Assembly (NCBI GenBank): GCA_964255285.1
Contig: CAXUUL010000077.1
Span: 1 to 36,903 of the forward strand
Direction of reading: 5' to 3'
Source: Ionaspis alba
Lineage: Eukaryota
DNA length: 36,903 nucleotides
The notes beneath the pieces were generated by a model. It was not told where the DNA came from. It ran no database searches and was given only the letters and a program-made list of their open reading frames with translations. A program made the translations under genes and the position numbers. How positions within the stretch are numbered: position 1 is the first letter of the stretch; every line of letters starts with the position of its first letter. Below are positions 34,590 to 36,903 of the stretch, one piece after another.

Positions 34590-36513
34590 CTAGATGTCCA
34601 TCAGAGAGGGGTCGGCTTCCATAAAGATTCTGTATAACCTCTTACTCAGAGCAGGTCCGATCCTCATGTTAGTGACAGAACCGTTCTGATTCGCAGATTT
34701 CTGGTACAAAGGTCAGCCACCATCTGCTAAATGCGCTATAGGTGGAAATACCTTGATATCCTCCAGAACGAGAGGTCCGTACTGCTTCATTGCCCCCAAT
34801 AAGCTAATCGCTGTAGGATACCTAGCTGCGATGCCATAAGCAACTGGTGCGGTGACTCTGACAATTTCTTGAAGCATCTTGATATAGGTATCCTCTTTGT
34901 CCTCTCCACTCTTAATCTGACCAACATCCATACAGAAGGACACTTCGACGTTCGTCCTCTCCCTCCTGTTTCTAGTGTCAGCACATACAGTGTTCTCGAT
35001 GCAGGGCGTGATTCAGAAGAGTACCTGTAAGGTATGGTGGATATATGCTGTGTAAAACTTGCTATCCACTCGGCCGTCTCCACAGTCATTGCACTCTGTT
35101 GCACTAAGCATTTATGCGCGACCTGTAACCACAGCAATGCATCTTCCACCACGTCTTCGTCAACAAGTGCCTCTACTACGTTCTTCTGAGACGGGTTTGA
35201 GACATGATCTCCGCAATGCAAATGGCGGACTTCGTCTTCAGCGGGATTAAGAGCCGCAGCCTGGTATGCCCTATTCCTCATGCTTTTGTGCTTCTTCAAC
35301 CATACATCTAGGCCTTCGATGATGTAAATCAGAGTGTAACCTGGAAAAACGCTCTTCATCTTCATAACATGAGTTTCAACGTCCACCCCGTCTGAATTGG
35401 CTGGATCAGATACCAACATCGCCGTGAATTCTCTGGCGGTTAGTAAACACAATACATGCTTTTCCGTACGAATAGTTTCTGGTACTCTTTCCCAATGTCC
35501 CAAGGATTCATTGAAGATGGCAGCTACCTTTCGCCTCCAACTAATGACGTTCGGTACTGGGCCACTATAAGATGTTGTCTGAATCTGTAAATTCTGCAGG
35601 TACTCCCGAATCTGTGTACCTGTGCTTGAGTTCTCAATTGAGAATGGAAGGTCGACAATCATCTCTAGAGTGGATAATTTCTTGTCCGTCTTGAGTTTGT
35701 TGACCTCAGCCAGATCGGCAGCAAGCCGTTTCTGTCGCGCTTTCTCATCTCGTTCCACCTTCTTTCTCGCTTTTAGATCCTCTCTCTCCTTTGCCTTATA
35801 GATCATTGAATCTTCTCGTTCTTTTTGCTTCATACTTATTTCAGCGCTTGATGGACAAGGTCTCTTGCTAGGAACGCTAGCGTTGGTAGGATTCATAGAA
35901 GATGCCCTAGGTACAGCTTTGACGAACCTATTACGGCTCTTCTTCATCTCATTGGCCGTGCTTAATGTCTTGTTAAATCCGGCCAGGATTCTTTTGCGAG
36001 GCGGACGTTCATTGCCACTTATATCTGCAAGTAGGGCTGCTGTTCGAGCGGATACTGGAGCTGTGGCAGTGGTAGCAACAGCGGGCTGATTGACTGTAAT
36101 AGAGCCTGAAATATCGTTGAACCGTGAGACCGGATCGAGAGGTTTCCCGATACTGCGAGACAGTCGAGGGAAGCCATGAGGAGAGAGAATGGAAGCAAGA
36201 AGATCCACATCACTGGCGACGCTCTGCTTTCCTTTCTCTGGTGAAAGGTGCTGTGGTGGGGTAGAGGGATTTTCTTTGAGAGGCTGCTCTGTGGTCAGTA
36301 TTCGTCTTGTCCTCTCAATGAGCCAGTTCTCACACTAGTCGAGAACCACGAAGGTAATGTTGGAGCACCGCTTTCCTCGTCATTGGTTAAATGAATCAAG
36401 GCCTTCTGCTGATGCAGGGTATCCCCAACCCCCTTCAGCAGAGGGAGACCTTCCTTACAGCTTTCGTCGTCAGTACTGTGACTCAGATCAATGATGATAG
36501 CATCAGAGGGCAT
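34590..36513 (-). CDS. EME1: Crossover-junction endonuclease subunit Eme1/Mms4 (ERCC4 domain), multi-exon
   Basis: ADLAEVNKLKTDKK.ST.EMIVDLP, WRRKV.A, IYIIEGL, VEDALLWLQV, FTQHISTIPY, FCMDVGQIKSG, RIGPALSKRLY. The first exon/intron (about 36334-36290) is inferred. Confidence 0.88.
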
Positions 36514-36903
36514 GATCAAGAGACTTTGGTAGAGTCGAGTCGCGAGTAAGTCGTCGGTACGAGGCACCTCAATCAAAACGTGCCGACTGTTGACTACTCA
36601 TTATAGCGCACGAACTAGCCATTAGAGTAGTGCTTAAGACTTCCGACTGTAGAAAACCCGGCCTCTATCGAGAGAGCGCGCAGCTACTCGTATAGCAACT
36701 ATTAGCAATACATTCATGTGGGAGGCAGTTCCTGTTTGTTGACTTGGATCCGTCGGCCCAACACATGAATGATTCTAAAATGGACTGCCAAGCCTCAAGA
36801 CGCGTCCGCCTCGGTTCGTCACGTCATGAAGGTGAGGGATCGTCGCCCGGCGGGGCACAGTATGTTTTGGCGAGAAATGCTGGCGAGACCGGAAGCATGC
36901 ACT

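Overview
Gene-dense eukaryotic DNA with short GT-AG introns, consistent with a filamentous ascomycete (Pezizomycotina; the taxon is my inference). It carries 16 recognisable housekeeping genes: rad9 (5' part), SEN54, ELC1, UBA2, a queuosine-salvage hydrolase (QNG1/DUF2419), DBR1, an Rpr2/Snm1-like RNase P/MRP subunit, ZPR1, cyclophilin CYP10/PPIL3, an arrestin-fold protein, DAD1, RHO4, the Cdc11/Nud1 SIN scaffold, LCB3, TYW2/TRM12, SSP120 and EME1/MMS4. It also holds two tRNA-Leu genes, a TA-flanked MITE, AT-rich repeat debris and one assembly gap. The standout is the tRNA-Leu(AAG) gene at 20333-20489. Besides its normal anticodon-loop intron, it is interrupted in the D-arm (between nt 22 and 23) by a 56-nt sequence with full spliceosomal signals (GTGAGT...GCTAAT...TAG). 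Exact GT-AG removal restores a complete cloverleaf. All calls come from reading the sequence by eye; no searches were run.
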